Assembly (NCBI GenBank): GCA_025453445.1
Contig: JALOQJ010000012.1
Span: forward strand, 1-50,796
Length of the DNA: 50,796 nt
Source: Candidatus Omnitrophota bacterium
GTDB taxonomy: Bacteria; Omnitrophota; Gorgyraeia; Gygaellales; Profunditerraquicolaceae
Reading direction: 5' to 3'
Shown: in pieces, positions 18,597 through 27,863 of the stretch
Numbering within the stretch: the first letter of the stretch is position 1
Layout of the letters: every line of letters starts with the position of its first letter
The notes under the pieces: generated by a model
What the model was told of the DNA's origin: nothing
Seen by the model: the letters and a program-made list of their open reading frames with translations, nothing else
Database searches by the model: none
Translations under genes and position numbers: made by a program

Positions 18597-20786
18597 TTAT
18601 TTGAAGATGGGGAGTTCTACAACGAAGCGGGTGCCGGATTGATAGACGGAATCAAAAGAAATGCTGCCTTTGTGGCCGTCGGTAATAATTTTATTAATCA
18701 CATACAGGCCAAGGCCAGTGCCTTTGCGCGCGGAGATTTTAGTGGTAAAAAATGGCGTAAAAATTTTCTTTAAGTTCTCTTCTTTCATACCCATGCCATT
18801 ATCTTCCACTACAATTTCCAGATGCTCCCCCTTAGGCAAAGTAGAAAATGTAATCTTGCCGCGGAAACCATCTTCTTTAAGTGTAGTGCGGCGTTCAACA
18901 ATCGCGTCATAGGCATTATCAATAAAATTAAAAAAGACCTCCTGCAGCTGGACAAGATTACCTTTGACTTTCGGGATATCTTTGGAAAAATCACGCAGCA
19001 AATCAAATTCATCCAGCTTAACTTTATATTTCACCATATCCAAGGTCCCGTCGATAATCTGATCTAAAGTCAGGGCTTCGAACTTTTCTTCGCCTTTACG
19101 TGTATATTTCATTATACCCTTTACCACTTCCCCGCCCTGCATAACATTTGCCTGAATGCGGTCAAGGGCATGCGAAACAGAATCAATCATTTCTTTAACT
19201 TCCGGAGTGCATTTTGTGGTATCCATTAATTTAATTGTATCTATTGTGTCTCCGGCAATTAAAGACAAGGCATAAAAACGGTTATTTATCTGATGCGATA
19301 ATCCGTCTGCCATGGTTCCGATGGTTGCCATTTTTTCTGCCTGGGCAATCTGTGACTGCATTTCCTGCGCTTCATCATAAAACTGGGCATTCTCAATTGC
19401 CAATGCTGCCTGGCTTGCCAGAACCTGAAAAACATTCAAGTCATCCTCAGTATAAATTTGGCCGGAAAGCTTATCGCCCAACACAATAAAACCCATAAAC
19501 TTATCTTCAAGGAAAATCGGGATGAGCACTGAGGCAGCCAAGAGACGCATATTTTCTTCCAGATGCTGATAAGTGGCATCGCTTGTATCCTCCATCTGGC
19601 GCTTGGCTTCTTCATAAATCAGCGGCTCGCGCTTAAACATCAACCATGCAATCATAGGATTATCAGCGGGTAATTTTGGAAGCGAAATCCTATGCCTGCC
19701 GCGGCTTACCTGCAGAATATATTCATCAGTTTCAGAATGATAAAGATAAACCGCAGCATAAGAAATTTTAACTGTCTTGGTTACAATATGAGTAATTAAA
19801 TTCAGCAGCCTTTGTAAATTCCTGATACTCGTCATTCCGATAGAAGCATGTTTTAAGGTATTCTGATAACGCTTTTGCTCAGCAAGCAAGCGCTCCTCTG
19901 CCTGACGGCTGACATAAATGTAAATAAAAGGCCCGGCCGTGGCTAAAACGGCCATCAACCCCAGAGGGGCTAACCACCATCCCGGGCCTAATATATCAAT
20001 TAACCAAGCTTTCAGCCAAACTGCTAAAGCAAACGGAATACCAAGAACCAAGGTATAAACTGCTATGAATATCCCGGCGCGGGTAATGGCAACGGTAATA
20101 TCCATGAGGCGGTATTTGATCATGGCATAAGCAATAATAAGTGGGTATAACGCAACAAAAAAATTAAGGTATGGATAAATATCTACGCGAAATGCTGGTA
20201 AAAAATTAGCCTCTGCTCCTATCCAGCCAACAATGGAACCTACAATAAAATATTTTAATTGATTACGACGGATACCGCCGGAGGGTTTATATGCCTTTAT
20301 TAATAATAAAAATGAGTACGATAATAATACCCAGTAGAGACATATATAGAATAATAACCAAATCAAGGTCTTATACTTGCTCCAATCAATCCAATAAAAT
20401 TTACCAAATATAAATCTTAAGTCTCTTAAAAAGAACAATGAGTGATTATACCAATTAGAAAGTAAGAAAAATAAAGCTAGCGCATGAATTATTAAAATAA
20501 GGTATTTTCGTTTTAAATTTAAGAACCTAAAAATAAAATGAGAAAAAAATACAGGGACGTATATTGCTCCCGTATAAGCTACTTGCCACCAAAATAAAGC
20601 TAAATTATATTGAGAAATAGACAGACTAGAAAACATGCAGGCTCCTAGCCCCCAAGTCCCTACACTTATAGCAATTCCACTAAACAATCGATTGTTTAGA
20701 CTTCGCCATCCCCTAGACAAAACAAAAATAGCTATGGCAAAATTACTTACTACAGTTAGAATACCTGATAAGAAAAATATGTTCAT
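18597..20786 (-). CDS. Membrane sensor histidine kinase (multi-TM HisKA_7TM-like N-terminus, GAF, HisKA, HATPase)
   Basis: About 9 hydrophobic segments; GAF ending LASQAALAIENAQFY; H-box SHQINN, N-box NFIDNAYDA, DNGMG, FTPFFTTK and GTGLGL. Confidence 0.92.
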   Translation of the reverse strand: MNIFFLSGILTVVSNFAIAIFVLSRGWRSLNNRLFSGIAISVGTWGLGACMFSSLSISQYNLALFWWQVAYTGAIYVPVFFSHFIFRFLNLKRKYLILIIHALALFFLLSNWYNHSLFFLRDLRFIFGKFYWIDWSKYKTLIWLLFYICLYWVLLSYSFLLLIKAYKPSGGIRRNQLKYFIVGSIVGWIGAEANFLPAFRVDIYPYLNFFVALYPLIIAYAMIKYRLMDITVAITRAGIFIAVYTLVLGIPFALAVWLKAWLIDILGPGWWLAPLGLMAVLATAGPFIYIYVSRQAEERLLAEQKRYQNTLKHASIGMTSIRNLQRLLNLITHIVTKTVKISYAAVYLYHSETDEYILQVSRGRHRISLPKLPADNPMIAWLMFKREPLIYEEAKRQMEDTSDATYQHLEENMRLLAASVLIPIFLEDKFMGFIVLGDKLSGQIYTEDDLNVFQVLASQAALAIENAQFYDEAQEMQSQIAQAEKMATIGTMADGLSHQINNRFYALSLIAGDTIDTIKLMDTTKCTPEVKEMIDSVSHALDRIQANVMQGGEVVKGIMKYTRKGEEKFEALTLDQIIDGTLDMVKYKVKLDEFDLLRDFSKDIPKVKGNLVQLQEVFFNFIDNAYDAIVERRTTLKEDGFRGKITFSTLPKGEHLEIVVEDNGMGMKEENLKKIFTPFFTTKISARKGTGLGLYVINKIITDGHKGSISFDSVYQSGTRFVVELPIFK

Positions 20787-20793
20787 ATGTCGA

Positions 20794-22224
20794 TTATCCC
20801 TTAGCGCTGACTATAATTTTTGCCGCTTCCCTTCCTGAAAGAGCAACAACAGAAATCCCACTTTGCCCCATGCCATTTGTAACCCAATGACCAGAGAGAT
20901 AAAGATTTTTGATACTTGTCTGGTACGGAAAAATACTTTTACTCGTTTGGGAAGGTAATGCTTGCCATCCAAAAAGAGCCCCATTTCTATTCGAAGTATA
21001 GTTATAGAATGAACGAGGGGTACCTATTACTTTAAGTTCAATTGATTCTGCTAAATCTGGTAACATCCTACTAGCTCTAGTAATAATTTTATTATATAAC
21101 TCATTTTTACTATTTTCCCACATCTTCACAGAAGCATACCTAGCGCCAACGAATATTCTCATAATTCCTTTTCCTGAAGGAACTAGGCTCTTATCAATAA
21201 GTGAAGGAAAGCTACAAAGTAAGTAATCAAAGCTCGGAATCAACTGTTTCTTTTTATCACTTTGAAAATTGTAGCACTTTTCTATATCGTAGGTAGAGAA
21301 AAACCATGTAGTAAAATGTTTCGGTTTTATATTTAATTGCTTCTTAAGGCCCAAGTACACAACAAAGGCAGAATTTGAAATTTTCAATTTATTTACCACC
21401 TTACGTTCATTACACTCGCAGTCTAATAATGTATTAAATGTTAAATGGGCATCAACGTTTGACACTACAAATTTCGATACTATGCATCCCTTATCTTGTA
21501 ATTTTACACCCATCACTTTTTTTTGTTTTGTCATAATTCTCGTTACTCTATTGGACAATAAAAGTACACCGCCGTATTCCCTAAATTTTTCCGCTAATAA
21601 ATCGGGTAAATTCTGAATTCCGCCTTTTGGATAATAGCCACCGTCTAACACAAATTCTTTATAAATAATAGCACCGACAAATCCGGAAGACTGAGAAGAA
21701 GATAACCCAAGGTTCCCAAGCATAGTTGATAAAATTGCTTTCAATTTGTGGTCAGTTAAAAATATATCGAGTAAATCTTGAAAAGTACGATTTCGCAGCT
21801 TAGAATAGAGACTTAAAAAATCTTCATTAATAATTAAATTAAAAAGTCTTTTTATATTTTCTTTCTCTTTGGGAAAATGGGATATTAATTCATTTATCGT
21901 TTTGTTTTGATCCTTTCTTATAAATATTGTTTTATCCGGGGTAATAATTCTATCCGTAGGATCATTCCTAATTAATTTTATCCTATCTAAAAGGTCTAGC
22001 CCTCGTAAAATCTCAGAAAGCACTCCTTTTTCTCTAAGTGACCCTAAATAATGCACCCCCACATCAAATCTATATCCTTGCCTCTCGAACGACGTGCAAT
22101 AGCCGCCGGGTTTATTTTGCTGTTCGACAATAATGACCTTGAGACCGGCTTTGGCTAAGTAGCAGCCGCAAACAAGGCCGCCAATTCCTGCGCCAATAAT
22201 CGCTACATCGTATTTCTCACTCAT
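20794..22224 (-). CDS. FAD-dependent oxidoreductase, phytoene desaturase / retinol saturase-like (COG1233)
   Basis: IIGAGIGGL, GGYCTSFERQGYRFDVG, YYPKGG, TP...Y...NGALFG and NLYLSGHW motifs. Confidence 0.88.
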   Translation of the reverse strand: MSEKYDVAIIGAGIGGLVCGCYLAKAGLKVIIVEQQNKPGGYCTSFERQGYRFDVGVHYLGSLREKGVLSEILRGLDLLDRIKLIRNDPTDRIITPDKTIFIRKDQNKTINELISHFPKEKENIKRLFNLIINEDFLSLYSKLRNRTFQDLLDIFLTDHKLKAILSTMLGNLGLSSSQSSGFVGAIIYKEFVLDGGYYPKGGIQNLPDLLAEKFREYGGVLLLSNRVTRIMTKQKKVMGVKLQDKGCIVSKFVVSNVDAHLTFNTLLDCECNERKVVNKLKISNSAFVVYLGLKKQLNIKPKHFTTWFFSTYDIEKCYNFQSDKKKQLIPSFDYLLCSFPSLIDKSLVPSGKGIMRIFVGARYASVKMWENSKNELYNKIITRASRMLPDLAESIELKVIGTPRSFYNYTSNRNGALFGWQALPSQTSKSIFPYQTSIKNLYLSGHWVTNGMGQSGISVVALSGREAAKIIVSAKG

Positions 22225-22820
22225 TTAATATACTTTATTGCCTCAGTTAACGGCTTTCTTGGCGAACGACGGCCTTCTTCATCTGCATAGCCAAGAGTTA
22301 AAACCGCTATTAAGTCATCTTTTACGCCCAAAAGCTTATTAATTTCATTCTTAGAGAAAAGTGGCGTATCCAACCAGCAAGAGCCAATACCTAAAGCTTC
22401 TGCTGCAAGAATCATATTCTGAATTGCAGCAGATATCGCAGATAATTCTGCACGCGGAATTATCTCGCCAAAATTATTATAAGCTGCCTTATACTTATTC
22501 TTTAATTTCGCTAAGTCGCCGGAATTATAAATTAAAATTACTGCCGGTGCGCAAGCAATAATCCGCGAGCCGGCGCTTAAAAGAATATTTGCCCCTGCGC
22601 CTAATTTCTTTGATCTCGCAAGCGCAATCTCTGAAATTTTCTTGATTGTAGTTTTTTTGGTGATGACAATAAAACGCCACGGTTGAATTCGCAAAAAACT
22701 CGGCACCGACGGCCCCCAGATTCCGGCTTCAATAATTTTATCGAGTATTTTTTGGGGTATTGGCTTATTTTTATATCTTCTGATCGTGCGGCGGGTTTTG
22801 ATAAGCTTAAGAATATCCAT
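22221..22820 (-). CDS. Nitroreductase family protein
   Basis: IKTRRTIRRY, QPWRF, AIQNMILAAEALGIGSCW, LGY and RKPL motifs. Confidence 0.9.
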   Translation of the reverse strand: MDILKLIKTRRTIRRYKNKPIPQKILDKIIEAGIWGPSVPSFLRIQPWRFIVITKKTTIKKISEIALARSKKLGAGANILLSAGSRIIACAPAVILIYNSGDLAKLKNKYKAAYNNFGEIIPRAELSAISAAIQNMILAAEALGIGSCWLDTPLFSKNEINKLLGVKDDLIAVLTLGYADEEGRRSPRKPLTEAIKYIK

Positions 22821-23253
22821 AGCCTTCTTCTATTTTAGAAATCTCAGGCTGCTTAACTTTAGTAAGAAGAGATAACTCATTCTGACTTAATCCCCGTTCA
22901 ACTCTTGCTTGCCTGATCAACATGCCTATTTTTTTGAAAAACAACGATGGCTCCCCTTTTGGCTTTCTCTGCTTGATACCGCGCTTCTCCAAGAGCTGCT
23001 CATAAATTGTCTGCCACCAATCTTTAAAATCAGATTTCCGGTTAATCTTGGACCAATATAATTTTACCCCCGGCCAGGCCTTAATAAAATTATTTTTAGA
23101 AATAAATAAAAAAACCTCCCCGGGCTTGTCGCAACGAGAAAGCAAGGTGACCATGCGTTGGTTAAATTGCGGATGAAGCGGATTTTTCAGTATACTGCAA
23201 GTTTCTTTAAGTGCTCCCTTTTTTAAATCCCAGAAATACTTAGCTATCTTCAT
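22807..23253 (-). CDS. Putative antitoxin/regulator with C-terminal XRE-type HTH, apparently truncated
   Basis: IRQARVERGLSQNELSLLTKVKQPEISKIEEG, then a stop 4 residues later; abuts the AbiEii gene. Confidence 0.7.
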   Translation of the reverse strand: MKIAKYFWDLKKGALKETCSILKNPLHPQFNQRMVTLLSRCDKPGEVFLFISKNNFIKAWPGVKLYWSKINRKSDFKDWWQTIYEQLLEKRGIKQRKPKGEPSLFFKKIGMLIRQARVERGLSQNELSLLTKVKQPEISKIEEGYGYS

Positions 23254-23964
23254 TTAGTACATTGCCTCAGCTATAAACTTCTTTATTTCATTCTCTAAAT
23301 ATATAATCATCTGTTGAGAATCGAACTTCTTATCATAAATATCCAAATCAAGCAATCCTAATTTCAATTCCTGACGGGAAAATGACCTGTACCAGTGGAC
23401 CATACCCCGTTGCAGGACTCCAGAAACACTCTTTAAGAATTTATGTAAGGGCATTATCTTCTTAGAGAGGCAATATATATCGAAAATATCCTTTGCCGCC
23501 CTTCTGCCCTGCATAACTTCCCTGCCTATTTCATCAAATTCCGGACGGCTTCCGGTTATTGCCAAAATTTTCTGTAAATATATATTATTGACGCTATAAA
23601 CCCTGACTCCATCAATTTTCTTAATGTCGGGATTTTTAAAAAACAGGTCCTCAACAAAATCAATCTTCAAGGGCCGGCCCGAGCCGCCTAGTGCAAAACT
23701 GTAAAACCGCACTCTTGCTTTATCCGGCAAAAAAAGTTCATTCTCAAGCTTGATTTTTGATTTAGAAACAGTTTTAAGGTTATTTATAATATTCTCTATC
23801 TCAGGCTGCTTGAAGGAAGGCGAAAAAAAATCAAGATCAGCCGAGAATCGGTGCTTTAAATAATAAAGCTCCAGTGCAGTGCCTCCGCAAAGAGCAAAAG
23901 TTTTTGCGCTTTTAGAAAAAACCCTTAATGTTTTTAATTGTAATTCTCTTAGTTTTTTGTCCAT
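23254..23964 (-). CDS. AbiEii/AbiGii-family nucleotidyltransferase (type IV TA toxin-like)
   Basis: FALCGGTAL...HRFSADLDFF, KIDFV, KILA and KDIFDIY motifs. Confidence 0.88.
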   Translation of the reverse strand: MDKKLRELQLKTLRVFSKSAKTFALCGGTALELYYLKHRFSADLDFFSPSFKQPEIENIINNLKTVSKSKIKLENELFLPDKARVRFYSFALGGSGRPLKIDFVEDLFFKNPDIKKIDGVRVYSVNNIYLQKILAITGSRPEFDEIGREVMQGRRAAKDIFDIYCLSKKIMPLHKFLKSVSGVLQRGMVHWYRSFSRQELKLGLLDLDIYDKKFDSQQMIIYLENEIKKFIAEAMY

Positions 23965-23990
23965 TTTTTAATATATTAAAACCTATATTA

Positions 23991-24018
23991 AGTATATATT
24001 ATAGCATATAATTGTCAA
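23991..24018 (-). promoter_or_regulatory. Sigma70-type promoter for the AbiEii module
   Basis: TTGACA (24018-24013), 16-nt spacer, TATACT (23996-23991); 16-bp AT-only palindrome at 23966-23981. Confidence 0.6.
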
Positions 24019-24034
24019 GTAAAATTTATACCTA

Positions 24035-25312
24035 TTATTTAGTCAGAATATTCTTGGCAAACCACTTGGTTAAAGCAATCAGGGTCAAAATCGGCGGAAG
24101 GCCGGGAGCAGAAGCTAGAACACTTGCATCGCAGGCATAAAGGCCTTTCATTTGGGTTTCCAACTGATTATTGACTACTTTACCTATTGCCGCGCTGCCT
24201 CCGGGATGAGCACCTACAGGATTAGTAACAAAAATACTCTTTGGGTTCACCCCGCATTTAATCAGGATTTCTTTTGAGATATCGCTCCCGCGCTTCAATT
24301 TTTTTAAGTCTGCTTCGCTAGGAGCTTTATCCACTCTGCCATTCTGATAAACCCTACCAGTATTATCATCAGCTATTTTAGTCATTACCCCCATTAATTT
24401 ATTCAGCCGGAAAGCATTACAAAGATAACGCGGGGAAACGCCGGAAGAAAAACTAACCAGATTATCCACAAAAGGCGAAATAACAAAGCCTTCACTTGCG
24501 TGAAATTTAGCGCAAACTACAGACATGGTTAATTCCTTCTGCTGATTGAATTCTTTAGATACGCCGTAAGTAACATTAAATAAATCCACAAAAAGATTTT
24601 TGCCTGCTTCAATGCCGGATTTTTGCAAAATAATTGGCGTGCCGATGCCGCCGGCAGCTAAGATGATTTTCCCGGCAAAAAAACTTTGCTTCTTCATCCC
24701 CTTTATTCCTTCAACACCAACAGCCCGGCCATTTTGGCTAATCACTTTATTTACTGAGAATCCAGTAATTAAGCTGTAATTTTGATCCTGCATATCCTCA
24801 AGGCAATCTCTACCGGTCCACTTGGAATAATAAGCGCAACCAATAACGCAATCTCCGCAAGAGGCACATTTACCGCTACTGCTGAATTTAGGCATAGGGA
24901 GCATATCATAGCCTAATTTGTTGGCTTCCTGCATAATCCTCATTGAAGCCTTGCCTATGGTAAGGCCGTTTTGCCTGACACAGCTGTCCTTTTTTGCTTC
25001 TGTTAATTCCTCTTTTATATCAATGCCAAGCTTTGCGCAATCTTCTGTGCTTGGCTCCACAGCATTGCCACAGCTGACTAAGCTTGTGCCACCCACGCCA
25101 AAGCAGCGGTAAATTTTCACCCCTTGCCTACTGCCGATTAAAGCAAGCTTGCGGTCATAAAAAGTAAAAGTGCGTATCAGACTGCCAAGCTTATCAATAA
25201 ACCCGCCTTTTTCAAGAATTAATACTGACTTATCCTTACGCGTCAATTCTCTGGCCAGACTCAGGCCGCACAAACCGCCTCCAACAATAATATAATCGTA
25301 TTCTTTATTCAT
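24035..25312 (-). CDS. GMC-family FAD oxidoreductase with Cys cluster
   Basis: IIVGGGLCG, GVGGTS, CASCGDCVIGC, LAAGGIGTP, AHPGG, LYACDAS and PPILT motifs; ATG 25312 preferred. Confidence 0.85.
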   Translation of the reverse strand: MNKEYDYIIVGGGLCGLSLARELTRKDKSVLILEKGGFIDKLGSLIRTFTFYDRKLALIGSRQGVKIYRCFGVGGTSLVSCGNAVEPSTEDCAKLGIDIKEELTEAKKDSCVRQNGLTIGKASMRIMQEANKLGYDMLPMPKFSSSGKCASCGDCVIGCAYYSKWTGRDCLEDMQDQNYSLITGFSVNKVISQNGRAVGVEGIKGMKKQSFFAGKIILAAGGIGTPIILQKSGIEAGKNLFVDLFNVTYGVSKEFNQQKELTMSVVCAKFHASEGFVISPFVDNLVSFSSGVSPRYLCNAFRLNKLMGVMTKIADDNTGRVYQNGRVDKAPSEADLKKLKRGSDISKEILIKCGVNPKSIFVTNPVGAHPGGSAAIGKVVNNQLETQMKGLYACDASVLASAPGLPPILTLIALTKWFAKNILTK

Positions 25313-26384
25313 CCCAGACCATTTTCTTTGCAAAATATTTAAAAGCCCGCAGCAAATTTTCCTCATTCATCTGCGGAAAAACCAAACCATAGCCTGCCAG
25401 CAAACGACAGGTCTCCTTGGAATTCAGTTTATTATTAAAATTAATTGCCAGAATATTATTCTCTAAAATCGCTTTTTGCGCTGGGCTTAATTTTTTTAAA
25501 TCAAAATCTTTTAAGCTAACTGCCTTAGGCGGATAGGCGTTAATCATTTTACAACCACAATCTATGATTTTTTCAACTAATACCGGCTCTGTAGGGAAAA
25601 GATGATAGTTTTTATTCTGCTCTTTTGTGCGGGAAGAAATCAGGTATATTGCCTCGGCAATATAATCTACCGGCACAAGCCTTAAAAAAGCTCCTTTTAT
25701 TGGCAACTTATCAAATAGCCCCAAGTTACACAAAGAAAGCAGCTGGTAAATATTATTAAACTTCAATACCTTGCCGGTTTTGGAATGGCCAATAACAATC
25801 GGCGGACGGAAAATATCTATCCAGAGGCCTTTTTGGCGGTATTTATTGGCGGACTTCTCTGCTTCAAATTTACTCTGCTCATAAGTAGTCCTGAATCTTT
25901 GACCGAGATCAAGATCATTTTCTTTAAATTCACCCTGATAATCGCCATAAATATAGGCAGTGCTAATATGATTTACTTTTAATAAAGCCCCCTGCTTTTT
26001 ACATTCTTCTGCAAATTCCAAAACCCGCTCTGTGCCGATAACATTTACTGCCCTAATCGGTAGAAGCAGCCAGTTAAAATTAATTACTGCTGCAAAGTGG
26101 TATATTTCCTCAACCTCTGTGCATAATTTCTTTAATGTTTCCTGATCCAGGCCAAGGTTTTTCTTGGTGATATCGCCTTTTAGAACAATTAAATTATCCA
26201 TTGCCGAAGATTTTGTATCCCAAAGCTTCAGGGCCTCGCGCACCCGTATATCAGCACTTAAATTTCCTTTATCGCGTGCCAAAGCATAAACTTTATGCCC
26301 GTTTTCCAAAAATATCTTAGATAAATACGAACCTAAGAGCCCGGTAGCGCCTGTAATAAAAATTGTCCTTAATTTATTCGCCAT
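25305..26384 (-). CDS. Thioester reductase / fatty acyl reductase-like extended SDR (NAD_binding_4)
   Basis: FITGATGLLG, KGDI...LGL, HFAA, NVIGT, HISTAY, YEQSK, RPPIV and VPVDY motifs. Confidence 0.85.
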   Translation of the reverse strand: MANKLRTIFITGATGLLGSYLSKIFLENGHKVYALARDKGNLSADIRVREALKLWDTKSSAMDNLIVLKGDITKKNLGLDQETLKKLCTEVEEIYHFAAVINFNWLLLPIRAVNVIGTERVLEFAEECKKQGALLKVNHISTAYIYGDYQGEFKENDLDLGQRFRTTYEQSKFEAEKSANKYRQKGLWIDIFRPPIVIGHSKTGKVLKFNNIYQLLSLCNLGLFDKLPIKGAFLRLVPVDYIAEAIYLISSRTKEQNKNYHLFPTEPVLVEKIIDCGCKMINAYPPKAVSLKDFDLKKLSPAQKAILENNILAINFNNKLNSKETCRLLAGYGLVFPQMNEENLLRAFKYFAKKMVWDE

Positions 26385-26385
26385 T

Positions 26386-27591
26386 TTAATTTGCCCCAAA
26401 AACTACGCAGCAATTATTACCACCAAAAGCAAAGCCGTTATTCAGGCAATATTTAGCAGGGATTTTTCTTGCAATATTAGCAACACAGTCAACATCGCAT
26501 TCCGGATCAGGAGTTTTAAAATTAATCGTCGGAGGAACAATGCCGTTTTTGATTGCTAAACAGCAAACAATCGCCTCCAAAGCAGATGCCGCACCCATAG
26601 TGTGGCCTAACATTGATTTGATAGAACTTGCCGGCGTATTATTTTTACCGAATAATTCCCTGATTGCTGTTGCTTCTTCTTTATCATTCTGCACTGTGCC
26701 GGTGCCATGCGCACTAATATAATCTATATCCTCTACGGACAGGCCTGAATTAATGATTGCTTTCTGCATTGCCATCTTAATCCCGTCTCTTTTGGGTGCT
26801 ACCATGTGATATGCATCGCAGGAAAGGCCATAGCCAAAAACTTCAGCATAAATATCCGCACCTCTTTTAAGAGCGTTTTCTTCTGACTCAAGTATTAAAA
26901 TTCCGGCGCCTTCGCCTAAGAGCATGCCTTTTCTCTCTTTATCAAAAGGCTTACATTCCTCCTGCGCCATGGCGTATAATTTCTGAAACCCCTGGAACGC
27001 CACACGGGAAAGCGCCTCAGCGCCTCCCACAATTGCCATATCCAACTCCCCGCTTCTAATCAGGTCATAGCCATAGCTAACAGCATAATTTCCGGCAGCG
27101 CAGGCATTGGGGAATAATAAATTAACCGGGCTTTTTAGCCTGAAAAAATAGCCGATATTACGCGGGATAGAAGGTGAAAAAGCATTCAAAAGCAGAGTAG
27201 AAGTAATCTCATCCGGCTCTTCCCTTAAAAGCTTGGCTACGGAAAAATCCAAAACATTTGCCTCAGCCATGGTTGTGCCGATAATTACTCCGGGTGCTTT
27301 ATTTTTTAATTCGGGTAAACTAATTTTAGCGTCTTTCAGGGCAAGCTTAACAGCTGCAATGGCAAAGCAAGATGCCCGACCAAAAAATTTGATTAATTTT
27401 TTTGGGATAAATTCAGCAGAATTAAAATTTTTTATTTGTCCGCCGTTGTGGCGCTTGAAATGGGCAGTATCAAAAAGATCGATTTTTCCGATACCTGATT
27501 TACCTTTGGTCAAATTCTCCCAGAAGGAATCATTATCCAGCCCTAAAGAAGAAATTACACCCAAACCAGTAACTACAACTTTTCTTTGCAT
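26386..27591 (-). CDS. Beta-ketoacyl-ACP synthase II-like (active KS)
   Basis: FabF family with intact Cys-His-His triad: NACAAG, AHGTGT, KSMLGHTMGA; ends FAFGGNN. Confidence 0.92.
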   Translation of the reverse strand: MQRKVVVTGLGVISSLGLDNDSFWENLTKGKSGIGKIDLFDTAHFKRHNGGQIKNFNSAEFIPKKLIKFFGRASCFAIAAVKLALKDAKISLPELKNKAPGVIIGTTMAEANVLDFSVAKLLREEPDEITSTLLLNAFSPSIPRNIGYFFRLKSPVNLLFPNACAAGNYAVSYGYDLIRSGELDMAIVGGAEALSRVAFQGFQKLYAMAQEECKPFDKERKGMLLGEGAGILILESEENALKRGADIYAEVFGYGLSCDAYHMVAPKRDGIKMAMQKAIINSGLSVEDIDYISAHGTGTVQNDKEEATAIRELFGKNNTPASSIKSMLGHTMGAASALEAIVCCLAIKNGIVPPTINFKTPDPECDVDCVANIARKIPAKYCLNNGFAFGGNNCCVVFGAN

Positions 27592-27596
27592 AGGTA

Positions 27597-27845
27597 TTAA
27601 AGCAGCTTCTCCAGCAAGTCGTAAACATTTTTCAGGCAGGTAACCTTGGGGATATCGTCTTCCGGAATAATCACTTTGTATTTTTTCTCAATGCTGGCTA
27701 CGATTTCCAAGGCCATCATACTGTCAATGCCTAACTCTTCGACAAATTTTGCTTCTTCTTTTAAGTCTTTTACCGGAATATGCGCCATATCTGCGATGAT
27801 TTTCCTTACTTCCTTCTTCACTTCGCTAAAGTCTTTTTTCGGCAT
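27597..27845 (-). CDS. Acyl carrier protein
   Basis: ELGIDSMMALEI phosphopantetheine site; lies between the two KS genes. Confidence 0.92.
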   Translation of the reverse strand: MPKKDFSEVKKEVRKIIADMAHIPVKDLKEEAKFVEELGIDSMMALEIVASIEKKYKVIIPEDDIPKVTCLKNVYDLLEKLL

Positions 27846-27863
27846 ATTGCTTCCCCCTTTTCA

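Noticed and set aside
20794-22224. Carotenoid biosynthesis (crtI)
   Set aside because: No crtB, crtE or cyclase in the window; the family includes many non-carotenoid saturases and isomerases.
17968-24018. Three accessory-block promoters share 16-nt spacers while core promoters have 17
   Set aside because: Only three predicted cases in AT-rich DNA, and 16 nt is within normal sigma70 tolerance.
24462-24470. Perfect DnaA box TTATCCACA / possible oriC
   Set aside because: A single box inside the GMC gene, with no box cluster or dnaA nearby; expected by chance.
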